Shown here piece by piece: positions 20,015 to 29,409 of a stretch of 64,000 nt of DNA. Origin of the DNA: an uncultured bacterium (GTDB lineage Bacteria; Krumholzibacteriota; Krumholzibacteriia; Krumholzibacteriales; Krumholzibacteriaceae); contig CAWBAN010000003.1 in assembly GCA_963786935.1 (NCBI GenBank), positions 32,001-96,000 of the forward strand, read 5' to 3'. Below the pieces are notes generated by a model. It was given only the letters and a program-made list of their open reading frames with translations. It was not told where the DNA came from and did not search any database. How positions within the stretch are numbered: position 1 is the first letter of the stretch; each line of letters starts with the position of its first letter. Made by a program: the position numbers and the translations under genes.

Positions 20015-23000
20015 TTACTTATCCACAGGAAACGCCTCGTGCTTCGGCCACGGCCGCGGCTCCTTGGCGATGGCGCCCTTGAGCACCTCGAGCGCCTTCA
20101 TGAGCTGCGCGTCGCGTCCCGTTCCGAAGTCGGCGGGATCGAGGTCGATAGAGATGTCGGGTGCGACGCCCTCGTTCTCGACGACCCATTTCCCCTGCGG
20201 GTTGTAGACCCGGTAATCCGGCGCGGACAATCCGCCGCCGTCGATCATCCCGATCCACATCGAGACGCCGACGAGCCCGCCCCAGCTGCGCGTGCCGATG
20301 ACCGGCCCCATTCCCTTCGCGCGGAAGAGATACGGCAGCATATCGCCGCCGGAGCCCGCCTGGCGGTTCGTGAGGCACACGAGGTGCGCGCTCGTGCCGA
20401 ACCACGGCGAGATGTAGTCGTGCGAGTTGCGCCGCGTCCAGTAGAGGAGCGGCTTCTTGGCGAGCCGCTGGAGGAAGATGTCGGGATCGAGCCCGCCCCC
20501 GTTGAAGCGCCCGTCGACGATGATCCCCTGCTTCGTCGTCTGCGAGTAGAAGTAGCGGGGGAATACGGCCGTCGAGCCGGTGTAGGTGTCGGGGAGGTGG
20601 ATGTAGCCGATCGTGCCCCCCGATTCCTTGTCGACGAGGCGCCTGTTGCCCTCCACCCAGTCAGTGTAGCGAAGGATGTATTCGCTTCCGACCGGTTTCA
20701 CCGTGACGGTGCGCTCGCCCTGTGCCGTCGGCTTGTCGTTGACCGTGAGCTCCACGGCCTTGTCCGCGAGATCGACGAAGTACGAATAGACGCTGCGGTC
20801 GGCGGTGACGTCGCGGCCGTTCACCTTCAGGAGATAATCCCCCGCTTTGACGTCGATGCCGGCGCCGGCGAGCGGCGGGCGCTCATCGTCGTTCCAGTCG
20901 ACGTCGCCGTAGATCTTCTTGATCCGGTAGCGATTGCTTGCGCGGTCGATCTCGTAATCGGCCCCGAGGAGCCCGACGCCGACGTGCTCGGCCGTGCGCC
21001 GGATGTCGCCGCCGAAGACGTACGTGTGCGAGGTGTTGAGCTCGCCGATCAGCTCGCCGATGACGTACTGCACGTCCTGCCGGCACGTGGCGCGCTCGAG
21101 CATCTTTCCGTATTTCGCCTTCATCGCGTCCCAGTCGAGCCCGTGCATCGCGGGCTCGTAGTACCAGTCGCGCTCCATGCGCCACGATTCGTTGAAGATC
21201 TGCCGCCACTCGTCGAGGGGGACGAGGTTCATCTTCACGTCGCCGAGGTCGATCGCCTCGCCGCTCGAATCCTTGGCCGTGGCGTCGATCATACCCGTCT
21301 CGGCGAAGCCGCGGTAGACGATCGTCGAGCCGTCAGCGGAGAGCTCGTACGCGTTGATCGCCGGGATGACCGTGCTCTCCTTCTTGTCGGCGAAGGAGAA
21401 CGCATGCAGGTCGAAGGGGCGCGGGTCGCGGAACTCGAAGCGGTTGAAGTCCCCCTCGTCCTTGTTGAGGTAGTAGAGGTTCTGGTCGTTCGCGGCGAGG
21501 AACCGGTAGTTGCCGCGGGGGACCGGGAACGTCTCGACGCGGCCCTCGATGCCCTCGAAGTCGATCGCGACGAGCTTCTCCTTCGGCTTATCCTTGTCCG
21601 TGCCCTTGTCGCTTTTGGCCGCCGCGGCGTCTTCCTTCGCCGCGTCCGCGGCCTTCTCCTCCGTCGGGAGGACCGGGAAGAGGGGCGTGCCGTCCTTGCG
21701 CAGGAGGACGCTGTAGATCCCGGCCATATTCTTGTAGACCATTTCCCACTCGAAGTCGCAGAACGTCGGGTCGAAGCGCCTGTTGGAGACGAAGAACAGG
21801 CGTTCGCCGTCCTTCGAGAACACCGGATGGAAATCGTTGAAGGCGCCGTCGCTGATGCAGCGCGTCTTGTTCGCTTCGAGCGAGTAGATGTAGATCTTGT
21901 GGACGAGCGATTCGTCCATCTTCGAGTATGCGATCCAGCGGCTGTCGGGGGACCAGCAGTAGTCGTAGATATCCTTGACGTCGAGCGAGATGTCGACGTT
22001 CTGGTAGTCGGCCTTGTCGACCTTCACGATCTTTTTCGCGGCGACGTCGACGAAGTACAGGGTCAGCGTCTGGTCGGTGAACCCGATCTTCTTTCCGTCG
22101 GGGGACCAGCGGAGCGCGTGCCGGTAGCCGTCCTTGAATTCGGTCAGCTTCTTCGGCGGCGCGGCGCCGCCCACGTCGACCGTGTAGAGGTTGTACTCGC
22201 CGTCGGCGTCGGAGAAGTAAGCGATCGCGGTCCCGTCGGGAGAATACGAGGCGTCCTTCTCGCGCGCCCCGGGCGTCCCCGTCAGGTTGCGCGTGATGCC
22301 TTCCTTGCGCGGCACCGTGAAAAGCTCTCCCCGCGCGACGAGGAGGGCGGTCTTGCCGTCGGGCGCGGAATGCGCCTCGGTGACGAATCCGTCCACGCTC
22401 TTGAGGTAGGGCCTCAGCTCCGGCGTATCGGCGCGAACCTCGACCGGGATGCGCGCGGTCTTTCCCGAGGCCGTGTCGAGCAGATAGAGATCGCCGCCGA
22501 GCTCGTAGACGATGCCGGTCCCGCCCATGCTCGGGCGCCGCACGTCATATTCGTTCATCGTGTGCTTCGTGGCCTGCGCGAGCGTTCCGGTCTTCGTGTC
22601 GTACGCCCAAATATTGAGCACGCGGTCGCGATCGGAGACGAAGTAGACCGTGTCGCCGATCCACATCGGATTCGAGTCGATCGCGTCCGAGTTGGAGATG
22701 TTGATCTCCTTCTTCGTCGCGAAGTCGTAGATGTAGATGTCGGGCGCGAGCCCGCCGCGGTAGCGTTTCCACGTGCGGCCGTCGACCGAGATCTTGGCGA
22801 AGGCGATCCGCTTGCCGTCGGCCGAGTAGCTCGCCTGCGCCACCTCGGGGAGGGGAACCTCCTCGAGATCCGTGCCGTCCGGATCGATGAGGAACAGGCG
22901 CGTGAATCCTCCGAAGCTGTTCCGGCCCGAGGTGAACATGATCTTGTTCTTGACCGGATCCCAGCCGACCACTCCGTCGAATCCCGGGTGATACGTCACG

Positions 23001-23353
23001 CGGCGGATGTTCCCGCCGTACGTGTCCATGATGTACACGTCGGCGTTCCCGTCGTACTCCGCCGTGAAGGCGATGAGAGAGCCGTCGTTCGAGAACTTGG
23101 GGACGGTCTCGTCGCCGTCGTGCATCGTCAGGCGCGTCGCCACGCCTCCCTGAACCGGAGCCAGCCAGATGTCCCCCCCGGCGACGAAGACCACGTTCGA
23201 GCCGTAGACGTCGGGAAAGCGCAGGAGGAAGTCGTGTGTGGCGCTCTGCCCGAGGCCCGCGGCCGCGCCCGCGAGCAGGACGAGGCATGCGACGGCGGCG
23301 GCGCTGAGCGCGCCGCGGAGACGATAGATACCGGGGGCGGAAAAGGACGGCAT
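20015..23353 (-). CDS. Tricorn protease (S41), second paralog
   Basis: LLRFPDV, WKRYRGG, DGRFNGGG, AGSGGD, GTRSWGGLVG, VENEGVAPD. Confidence 0.95.
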   Translation of the reverse strand: MPSFSAPGIYRLRGALSAAAVACLVLLAGAAAGLGQSATHDFLLRFPDVYGSNVVFVAGGDIWLAPVQGGVATRLTMHDGDETVPKFSNDGSLIAFTAEYDGNADVYIMDTYGGNIRRVTYHPGFDGVVGWDPVKNKIMFTSGRNSFGGFTRLFLIDPDGTDLEEVPLPEVAQASYSADGKRIAFAKISVDGRTWKRYRGGLAPDIYIYDFATKKEINISNSDAIDSNPMWIGDTVYFVSDRDRVLNIWAYDTKTGTLAQATKHTMNEYDVRRPSMGGTGIVYELGGDLYLLDTASGKTARIPVEVRADTPELRPYLKSVDGFVTEAHSAPDGKTALLVARGELFTVPRKEGITRNLTGTPGAREKDASYSPDGTAIAYFSDADGEYNLYTVDVGGAAPPKKLTEFKDGYRHALRWSPDGKKIGFTDQTLTLYFVDVAAKKIVKVDKADYQNVDISLDVKDIYDYCWSPDSRWIAYSKMDESLVHKIYIYSLEANKTRCISDGAFNDFHPVFSKDGERLFFVSNRRFDPTFCDFEWEMVYKNMAGIYSVLLRKDGTPLFPVLPTEEKAADAAKEDAAAAKSDKGTDKDKPKEKLVAIDFEGIEGRVETFPVPRGNYRFLAANDQNLYYLNKDEGDFNRFEFRDPRPFDLHAFSFADKKESTVIPAINAYELSADGSTIVYRGFAETGMIDATAKDSSGEAIDLGDVKMNLVPLDEWRQIFNESWRMERDWYYEPAMHGLDWDAMKAKYGKMLERATCRQDVQYVIGELIGELNTSHTYVFGGDIRRTAEHVGVGLLGADYEIDRASNRYRIKKIYGDVDWNDDERPPLAGAGIDVKAGDYLLKVNGRDVTADRSVYSYFVDLADKAVELTVNDKPTAQGERTVTVKPVGSEYILRYTDWVEGNRRLVDKESGGTIGYIHLPDTYTGSTAVFPRYFYSQTTKQGIIVDGRFNGGGLDPDIFLQRLAKKPLLYWTRRNSHDYISPWFGTSAHLVCLTNRQAGSGGDMLPYLFRAKGMGPVIGTRSWGGLVGVSMWIGMIDGGGLSAPDYRVYNPQGKWVVENEGVAPDISIDLDPADFGTGRDAQLMKALEVLKGAIAKEPRPWPKHEAFPVDK

Positions 23354-23413
23354 ACGATCTCCTTTCGAATGTTCGAGAAGCGATGGAGTGGGCGAATCGG
23401 AATCGACGCGCGG

Positions 23414-23442
23414 AGCCTATACGAAATCGACGCGCGTGTCAA
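23414..23442 (-). promoter_or_regulatory. Sigma70-type promoter of tricorn paralog 2
   Basis: TTGACA-17 nt-TAGGCT; the direct repeat AATCGACGCGCG (23401 and 23425) overlaps it. Confidence 0.55.
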
Positions 23443-23463
23443 GGTCGAGCGGCACGGGTCCGC

Positions 23464-24811
23464 CTAGCCCACGAAGACGTGCTCCGTGGGATACCGGTAC
23501 AGAACCTTCCGTGGCTTGGTCAGGAACGCGAAAGCGATGCTGAGGACGCCGACCCTGCCGATGAACATCGTGACGATCAGCGCGGCTTTTCCGATGGGGC
23601 TCAAGCCGGCGGTGATGCCCATGGAGAGGCCGGTGTTTCCGAGGGCCGAGACTATCTCGAAGAGATTCTGGAAGGGCGACGAATGCTCCGTGACGGACAG
23701 GATTACCGAGTCAGCGAACGCGACGAGCAGGAAGCAGAAGGCCACGACGACCGCATCGTATATGCACTGCTCGGACATTTCGGCGCCCAGCGCGTTGTTT
23801 TGTTTCTTGCGCAGCCGCGCCCAGAGCAGCACGAAGAGGAGTCCGAACGTCGTCGTCTTGATACCCCCGCCGGTGCCGCCGGGAGAAGCCCCGACGAACA
23901 TCAGGAGCATGATGAATCGTCAGGCTCGCTGCGCTCATCGCGCCGATGTCGATCGAGTTGAATCCGTCCGTCGTCGAGGCCGAGACCGCCTGAAAGAGGG
24001 AAGTCATCGTCCGGTCGTAGGCGCTCATCGTCGAAGGCCAACGCTCGGAGGCGAGAATGACGGCGGTCCCGACCGATATCACGATCGCAGTAACGATGAG
24101 AACGAGCCGCGTATGCACGGTCAATTTGAACCTGCGCCGGCCGGCAAGCCTGCTTGTGGCGAGCATGGTGAGATCCCGCAGGACAAAGAAGCCGATGCCG
24201 CCGGCCAGGGAAAGGAGGATGATGGTGGCGTTCAGGAGCGTGCTCTGGCGGTATCGCATGAGGCTGTCGGGGAAAAGCCCGAAGCCGGCGGTGCAGAACG
24301 TGGACACCGAGTGGAACGCCCCGAGGTATATCGAGCGCGCCGCCGGATATTCCCGCATCCAGAAGCCCGCGAGGATAGCGGTCCCGGCGAGCTCGAAGGC
24401 AAATGAATAGACGAGCACGGAGAGGAAGAAACTCCTCAACGCGTGGAGATCCGGGCCGGCGAGGGATTCCTTCGCGACGAGGCTCGTCCTGAGGGATCCC
24501 CTGATTCCGAGGGCGTACATCGTGAGGATGACGAAACTCATGTAGCCGATACCGCCGATTTGAAATATCGCGAGGAGAACGATCTGGCCGAAGAGGGAGT
24601 AGTAGCTGCCGATGTCGACGACGGACAATCCCGACGTGCTGATCCCGGAGGTCGCCACGAAGAGGGCGTCGAGGAACGATTGGGCCTCGCCCCGCGCCGA
24701 GGAGACCGGCAGCGACAGGAGAATGGCCCCTACGAGCGTGATCGATGCGTAGCCGAGGATCAGCAGCTGGTACGGAGTGAGCGTGTTCCATATGCGGTTT
24801 CGTCTTCTCAT
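23464..24811 (-). CDS. KtrB/TrkH potassium uptake membrane protein, one frameshift near 23912
   Basis: Four filter motifs: SGISTSGL, STFCTAGF, SASTTDGF, SALGNTGLSMG; also MFVGASPGGTGGGIKTTT. Confidence 0.9.
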
Positions 24812-24861
24812 ATCTTCATAATCTTCGCTCCCCGGCGGCGCCGTGGCAAATCAAGAAAAGG

Positions 24862-25623
24862 TCAAAAAAGCGGAGGTCGGAAGGATCTCGCGGATGGCCT
24901 GAAACCGCGGCGGTAGGGGGGTAGCCGCGGGGGCGGGAGCCGGTATCCGATGCCGGGCTCGGTTCGGAGGTAGGTCGGGCGGTCGGGATCGGGCTCGATC
25001 TTCGCGCGCAGGTTGCTGATCGTCACCCGCAGAAGATGGAGCACGCCTTCCATGTCGTCGGGCTTGTTCCAGATCTCCTCGAGGATCTGCCGGTGCGTGA
25101 CGACCCTGTCCGCGTTGAGAACGAGGAGCTTGAGCACGTCGAATTCCGTCGGGGTGAGGTTGATCCGATTCCCCTTGATCGCGACCTCGTGTCGAGCGAC
25201 GTCGATCGAAAGCGCCCCCGCGCGGAAGACATCTTCCTGATCGACGGGGAGAAGGCGGCGCATCACCGCTTTGAGCCTCGCGAGGAGCTCGGTGATGCTG
25301 AAAGGCTTCGTCAGATAATCGTCGGCGCCGGCGTCGAGGGCTTCGACCTTGTCCGCGATGTCGTCCCGCACGGAGAGAATGACGATCGGCGTCTTCGCCC
25401 GCTTGCGGATCTCCCTGATCACCTCGACCCCGTCGATGTCGGGAAGACCGAGGTCGAGGACGATCACGTCGGGGTGCGACGATACGGATTTCTCGAGCGC
25501 TTCGGCTCCGGTCCCCGCTTCGAATATGGCGTAGCCGCGGGAAGCGAGCGCGGCTCGAAGGGTCTTTCGAATCGCCCTTTCGTCGTCGACGACGAGGATG
25601 CGCACGCCTTGATCGACCGTCAT
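24862..25623 (-). CDS. kdpE: KdpE-like OmpR-family response regulator
   Basis: LVVDDE, LDLGLPDIDG, ALDAGADDYLTKPF, LRAKIEPDPDRPTYLRTEPGIGYR. Confidence 0.88.
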   Translation of the reverse strand: MTVDQGVRILVVDDERAIRKTLRAALASRGYAIFEAGTGAEALEKSVSSHPDVIVLDLGLPDIDGVEVIREIRKRAKTPIVILSVRDDIADKVEALDAGADDYLTKPFSITELLARLKAVMRRLLPVDQEDVFRAGALSIDVARHEVAIKGNRINLTPTEFDVLKLLVLNADRVVTHRQILEEIWNKPDDMEGVLHLLRVTISNLRAKIEPDPDRPTYLRTEPGIGYRLPPPRLPPYRRGFRPSARSFRPPLF

Positions 25624-27131
25624 GACGAATTCCGACTTTCCTCCAGCGGAAGGCTCACGATGAATGTCGCTCCGGCGTCGGCGTTGTTCCGCGCGACGAT
25701 TCTCCCCCCGTGCGCTTCGATGATTCCCTTGGAGATGGACAGGCCGAGCCCGGTCCCCGCGACGCCCTGCGCCCGTTCGCTCCGGTAGAACCTCTCGAAG
25801 ATGCGCGCGAGATCCTTCTCCGGTATGCCGGCTCCCCGGTCCCTGATCTCGATCTCCGCCGCGTTCCCGTGCGCGCGCGCGCCGATGTCAATCGACGCGT
25901 CCGGCGGCGAATATTTCACGGCGTTGTCGATCAGGTTGTAGAACGCCTTCATCATGAAGGAGAAGTCCATGGGAACCTCGGGGAAATCCCTCGGGATCGT
26001 CATCCTGACGGTCCTGTTTCCGATCGTTTCGCTCAGCTGCTCGAGGGACGCGCCGAGAACGTCGCGCAGATCGCACGGCCGCTTCGAAATCCGCAGCGTT
26101 CCCGCCTCCACTCTGGTCAGGTCGAGGAGATTTCCGACGATCCGGTTGAGACGGTCCGCCTCTTCCGAAGCGTTCTCGAGAAGCTCTTTCCGGGTGGCTT
26201 CGTCGAGCCCCGGATCATTTTCCTGAAGGGCGGTCAGGGCGCCGGTGATCGATACGAGGGGAGTCCTCAGATCGTGAGAGATCGAGCTCAGGAGCGCCGA
26301 TTGGAGCTTCTCGGTCTGCCGCATGAGCTCCATATGGCGGGACTGCTCGGCGAGGCTCGCGCGCTGGATCGCGATGGCCGCCTGGCTGACCATTGCGGTC
26401 AGCAGCTCTTCCTCGTCCGGGGCGAGGCTCTCCGCGCCCTTACGGAGGCAGATGCCGAGGACGCCGATCACGCCCTGGGGTGTCTTGAACGGGAGATAGC
26501 GGGTCCTTTTGCCCGTCGCTTCGTCCGGGCCTCCGCCCGCCATCGAGCCGTTCTCGTACGACCAGCGCGCGATTTCCTGCTCTCCCGCGCCCGCGGGGAA
26601 TCCGGCGTCGTGGCTCGCGAGCTTCAGCGCGCCTCCGGCAGGCAGATAAATCGCCACGCCGCAATTGACGATCTGCTTGACGTTTTTCCGTATCGCCTGC
26701 AATACCGCGTCGAAATCGGCCGAATCGGCGAGATCGGCCGCGAGGCGGTACAGCGCGGCTGTCTGGGCCTCGTGTTTGCGGGCCCGGATCGCCTGCTCTC
26801 GCATCCTCGATGCGAGCGTGCCGACGACGAGCCCGACGGCGAGGAGCCCGATGAACGTGAAGACGTACTGAACGTCGGCAACCGTCAAGGTGAGGTAGGG
26901 GGGTACGAGAAAGAAATCGAACGCCAGGACCCCGAGAATCGCGGTCGCGACGGCGGGCCCCTTTCCCCACCGGACGGCGGCGATTACGACGGTGAGAAGA
27001 TACAGCATGGCCAGGTTCGTCGGTTCGAGGCGCCCCTTCACCGCCTCGCCGACGAGCGTCGCGATAAGAACGAGGATAACGCTCGCCGCATACGGAAGAG
27101 CTTTCGTTCCGCCGATTCCTCTTATCCGCAT
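25620..27131 (-). CDS. KdpD-like sensor kinase (DUF4118-GAF-HisKA-HATPase) lacking the N-terminal KdpD/Usp domains
   Basis: NLAMLYLL, FDFFLVPPY, SSISHDLRTPL, NLIDNAVKYS, GTGLGLSI. Confidence 0.88.
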   Translation of the reverse strand: MRIRGIGGTKALPYAASVILVLIATLVGEAVKGRLEPTNLAMLYLLTVVIAAVRWGKGPAVATAILGVLAFDFFLVPPYLTLTVADVQYVFTFIGLLAVGLVVGTLASRMREQAIRARKHEAQTAALYRLAADLADSADFDAVLQAIRKNVKQIVNCGVAIYLPAGGALKLASHDAGFPAGAGEQEIARWSYENGSMAGGGPDEATGKRTRYLPFKTPQGVIGVLGICLRKGAESLAPDEEELLTAMVSQAAIAIQRASLAEQSRHMELMRQTEKLQSALLSSISHDLRTPLVSITGALTALQENDPGLDEATRKELLENASEEADRLNRIVGNLLDLTRVEAGTLRISKRPCDLRDVLGASLEQLSETIGNRTVRMTIPRDFPEVPMDFSFMMKAFYNLIDNAVKYSPPDASIDIGARAHGNAAEIEIRDRGAGIPEKDLARIFERFYRSERAQGVAGTGLGLSISKGIIEAHGGRIVARNNADAGATFIVSLPLEESRNSS

Positions 27132-27157
27132 TTCACGCCGCCGATTCTCGAGCGCGG

Positions 27158-27910
27158 TCAGTCCTTCTTGCGCGTTTGCATGAAGTACTGCAGAAAATCG
27201 ACCGGCACCGGGAAGAGAATCGTCGAGTTCTTCTCGGCGGCGATCTCCGTGAGCGTCTGGAGATACCTGAGCTGCACCGAAACCGGTTCGGGCGCCATGA
27301 CGGCGGCGGCGTCCCGGAGCTTCGTGGAGGCCTGGAACTCGCCGTCGGCGTGAATGACCTTCGCCCGGCGCTCGCGCTCGGCTTCGGCCTGCTTGGCGAG
27401 CGCGCGCCTCATGCCCTCGGGAAGATCGACGTCCTTCACTTCTACGGCGGCGACCTTGACCCCCCACGGATCGGTGCGTTCGTCGATGACCTGCTGCAGC
27501 TTCTGATTGATCTTTTCCCTGTTCGAGAGGAGATCGTCGAGCTCGTGCTCGCCGAGGATGGAGCGCAGGGTGGTTTGACCCATCTGCGACGTCGCATAGA
27601 GATAATTCTCGACCGCGATGATGCACTTGGCCGGATCGAACACCTGGAAGTACATCACGGCGTTGACCTTGACCGAGACGTTATCCTTCGTGACGACTTC
27701 CTGCGGCGGAACGTCGAGCGCGACGGTCCGAAGCGTGACCTTGACCATCTTCTCGAACATCGGAATGAGCAGAATGAGCCCGGGGCCCCTGACGCCGACG
27801 AACCGGCCGAGCCTGAACACGACTCCGCGCTCGTACTCCCTGAGCACCCGCACGCTGTTGCCCAGGATGAAGAGAACGAGGAGTATGACTACCGACAATC
27901 CGATCTGCAT
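27158..27910 (-). CDS. SPFH/band 7 (slipin) protein
   Basis: [46 protein letters not shown]. Confidence 0.95.
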   Translation of the reverse strand: MQIGLSVVILLVLFILGNSVRVLREYERGVVFRLGRFVGVRGPGLILLIPMFEKMVKVTLRTVALDVPPQEVVTKDNVSVKVNAVMYFQVFDPAKCIIAVENYLYATSQMGQTTLRSILGEHELDDLLSNREKINQKLQQVIDERTDPWGVKVAAVEVKDVDLPEGMRRALAKQAEAERERRAKVIHADGEFQASTKLRDAAAVMAPEPVSVQLRYLQTLTEIAAEKNSTILFPVPVDFLQYFMQTRKKD

Positions 27911-27964
27911 ACGCGCTCCTTTCGTGCCGCCGGTTCGCCGCGGATGCGGCGCGCGCGGCGACGC

Positions 27965-29251
27965 CTATTTCATTTCCTCCACCTTGAGAGACATTCCTTT
28001 GACTTCGATCACGCGGATCCGTTTGCCCTCGGCGATCGGCTCGCCGGAAAAGGCGCTCCAGTGCGCGCCGGCCACGAACACCTTGCCGCCCTTGTCGTCG
28101 ACCGGGGTCCGCGCGTCCCCTTCCTGGCCGACGAGGGCGGAGCCGCCGGTCGTCGGCCTGCGGCGCAGCGCCCGTATCGACAGGTAAATGCCGACGATGA
28201 AAAACGCCCCCGTGACGAGCACGACGGGAACGATGACCTGCAGCGAAGCGTGCAGGGCCGGGTCGGGGTCGTTGAAGAGCATGATCGAGCCGATGAACAT
28301 GGCTACCAGTCCTCCCGCGGTCAGAGCCCCGTGCGTCGCCGCCTTCACGTCGACGATGAAGAGCACGATGGCAAGTATGATCAGAAGCATTCCCGAATAG
28401 CTTACCGAGAGCACCTGGAAGGCGAAGAACGCGAGGATGAGACAGATCGCGCCGACCACGCCGGGAAGAATCGCCCCGGGGGTGGAAAGCTCGAAGTACA
28501 GGCCGAGCAGCCCGAGCATGAAGAGGATGTAGGCGACGTTCGGATTCGTGATGATCGCGAGCAGCCGGTCGCTCCAGCTCATTTCCATCTCGACGAGGGC
28601 GGCGTCTTTCGCGCGAACGACGAGCGTCGTGTCTCCCATCGCGACCGGCCGGCCGTCGAGCGAATCGAGGAGCGCTTCGAGCGAGGGGGCGACGAGATCG
28701 ACGACGCGCAGCTTCAGCGCCTCCGTCTCGGATATCGACACGCTTTCCCTGACGGCGGTCTCGGCCCAATCGGCGTTCCGGCCCCGCCGTCCGGCGATGG
28801 AGCGAATGTACGCGGCGGCGTCGTTCACCGTCTTGCCGGCCATGACGGAATCGACCTTCGCCCCGGGCCCGATCGAGACCGGGTGCGCCGCGCCGATGTT
28901 CGTGCCCGGCGCCATGGCCGCGACGTGAGCCGCCATCGTGATGAACACGCCCGCCGATGCCGCGCGCGATCCCGACGGCGCGACGTAAACGACGACCGGC
29001 ACGCGCGCGCCCAGGATCTTCTTCACGATGACGCGCATCGATTCGTCGAGGCCGCCGGGGGTGTCCATCTCGATGACGACGCACTCCGCCCGCCGTTCCT
29101 CGGCGCGCCCGATCGCCTCCACCATGAATCTCGCCGAGGAGGGGCCGATGATGCCGCTCATCCGCGCGACGACGACCTCCGCCGCGTCCGCGGGTGGCGC
29201 GAGCGCGGATAGAAGCACGACGAAGCATGTCACGATCGATTTTCTTATCAT
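27965..29251 (-). CDS. nfeD: NfeD family membrane-bound serine protease (ClpP-like domain, TM region, OB fold)
   Basis: DTPGG, AASAG, TNIGAAHPV; immediately upstream of the SPFH gene. Confidence 0.93.
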   Translation of the reverse strand: MIRKSIVTCFVVLLSALAPPADAAEVVVARMSGIIGPSSARFMVEAIGRAEERRAECVVIEMDTPGGLDESMRVIVKKILGARVPVVVYVAPSGSRAASAGVFITMAAHVAAMAPGTNIGAAHPVSIGPGAKVDSVMAGKTVNDAAAYIRSIAGRRGRNADWAETAVRESVSISETEALKLRVVDLVAPSLEALLDSLDGRPVAMGDTTLVVRAKDAALVEMEMSWSDRLLAIITNPNVAYILFMLGLLGLYFELSTPGAILPGVVGAICLILAFFAFQVLSVSYSGMLLIILAIVLFIVDVKAATHGALTAGGLVAMFIGSIMLFNDPDPALHASLQVIVPVVLVTGAFFIVGIYLSIRALRRRPTTGGSALVGQEGDARTPVDDKGGKVFVAGAHWSAFSGEPIAEGKRIRVIEVKGMSLKVEEMK

Positions 29252-29409
29252 GGGTATCATCCTCGATGGAAGAAGGCGGTTCCCCATCCGCGGCGATTCT
29301 GTCCTAAAATCGTCCCCGCGTCAAGAGATATGGCCCGCGGCCGGCGCGGGCGGCTCTCCCGGAGATTGTGCTTGAAGCTCCCCCGCGCAGCGGGTAAGCT
29401 CCATCCGCT

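Noticed and set aside
19991..20018. dif-like or attC-like site (GCGCATAA...GTTGGGC)
   Set aside because: Only the XerC-like half matches; there is no XerD arm, the spacing is too short for attC, and no integrase is nearby.
19889..23467. Very long antisense ORFs (also 16007-18847, 37504-40680, 44481-48089)
   Set aside because: These are shadow frames of real genes caused by high-GC codon bias; the translations are Arg/Ala-rich and have no motifs.
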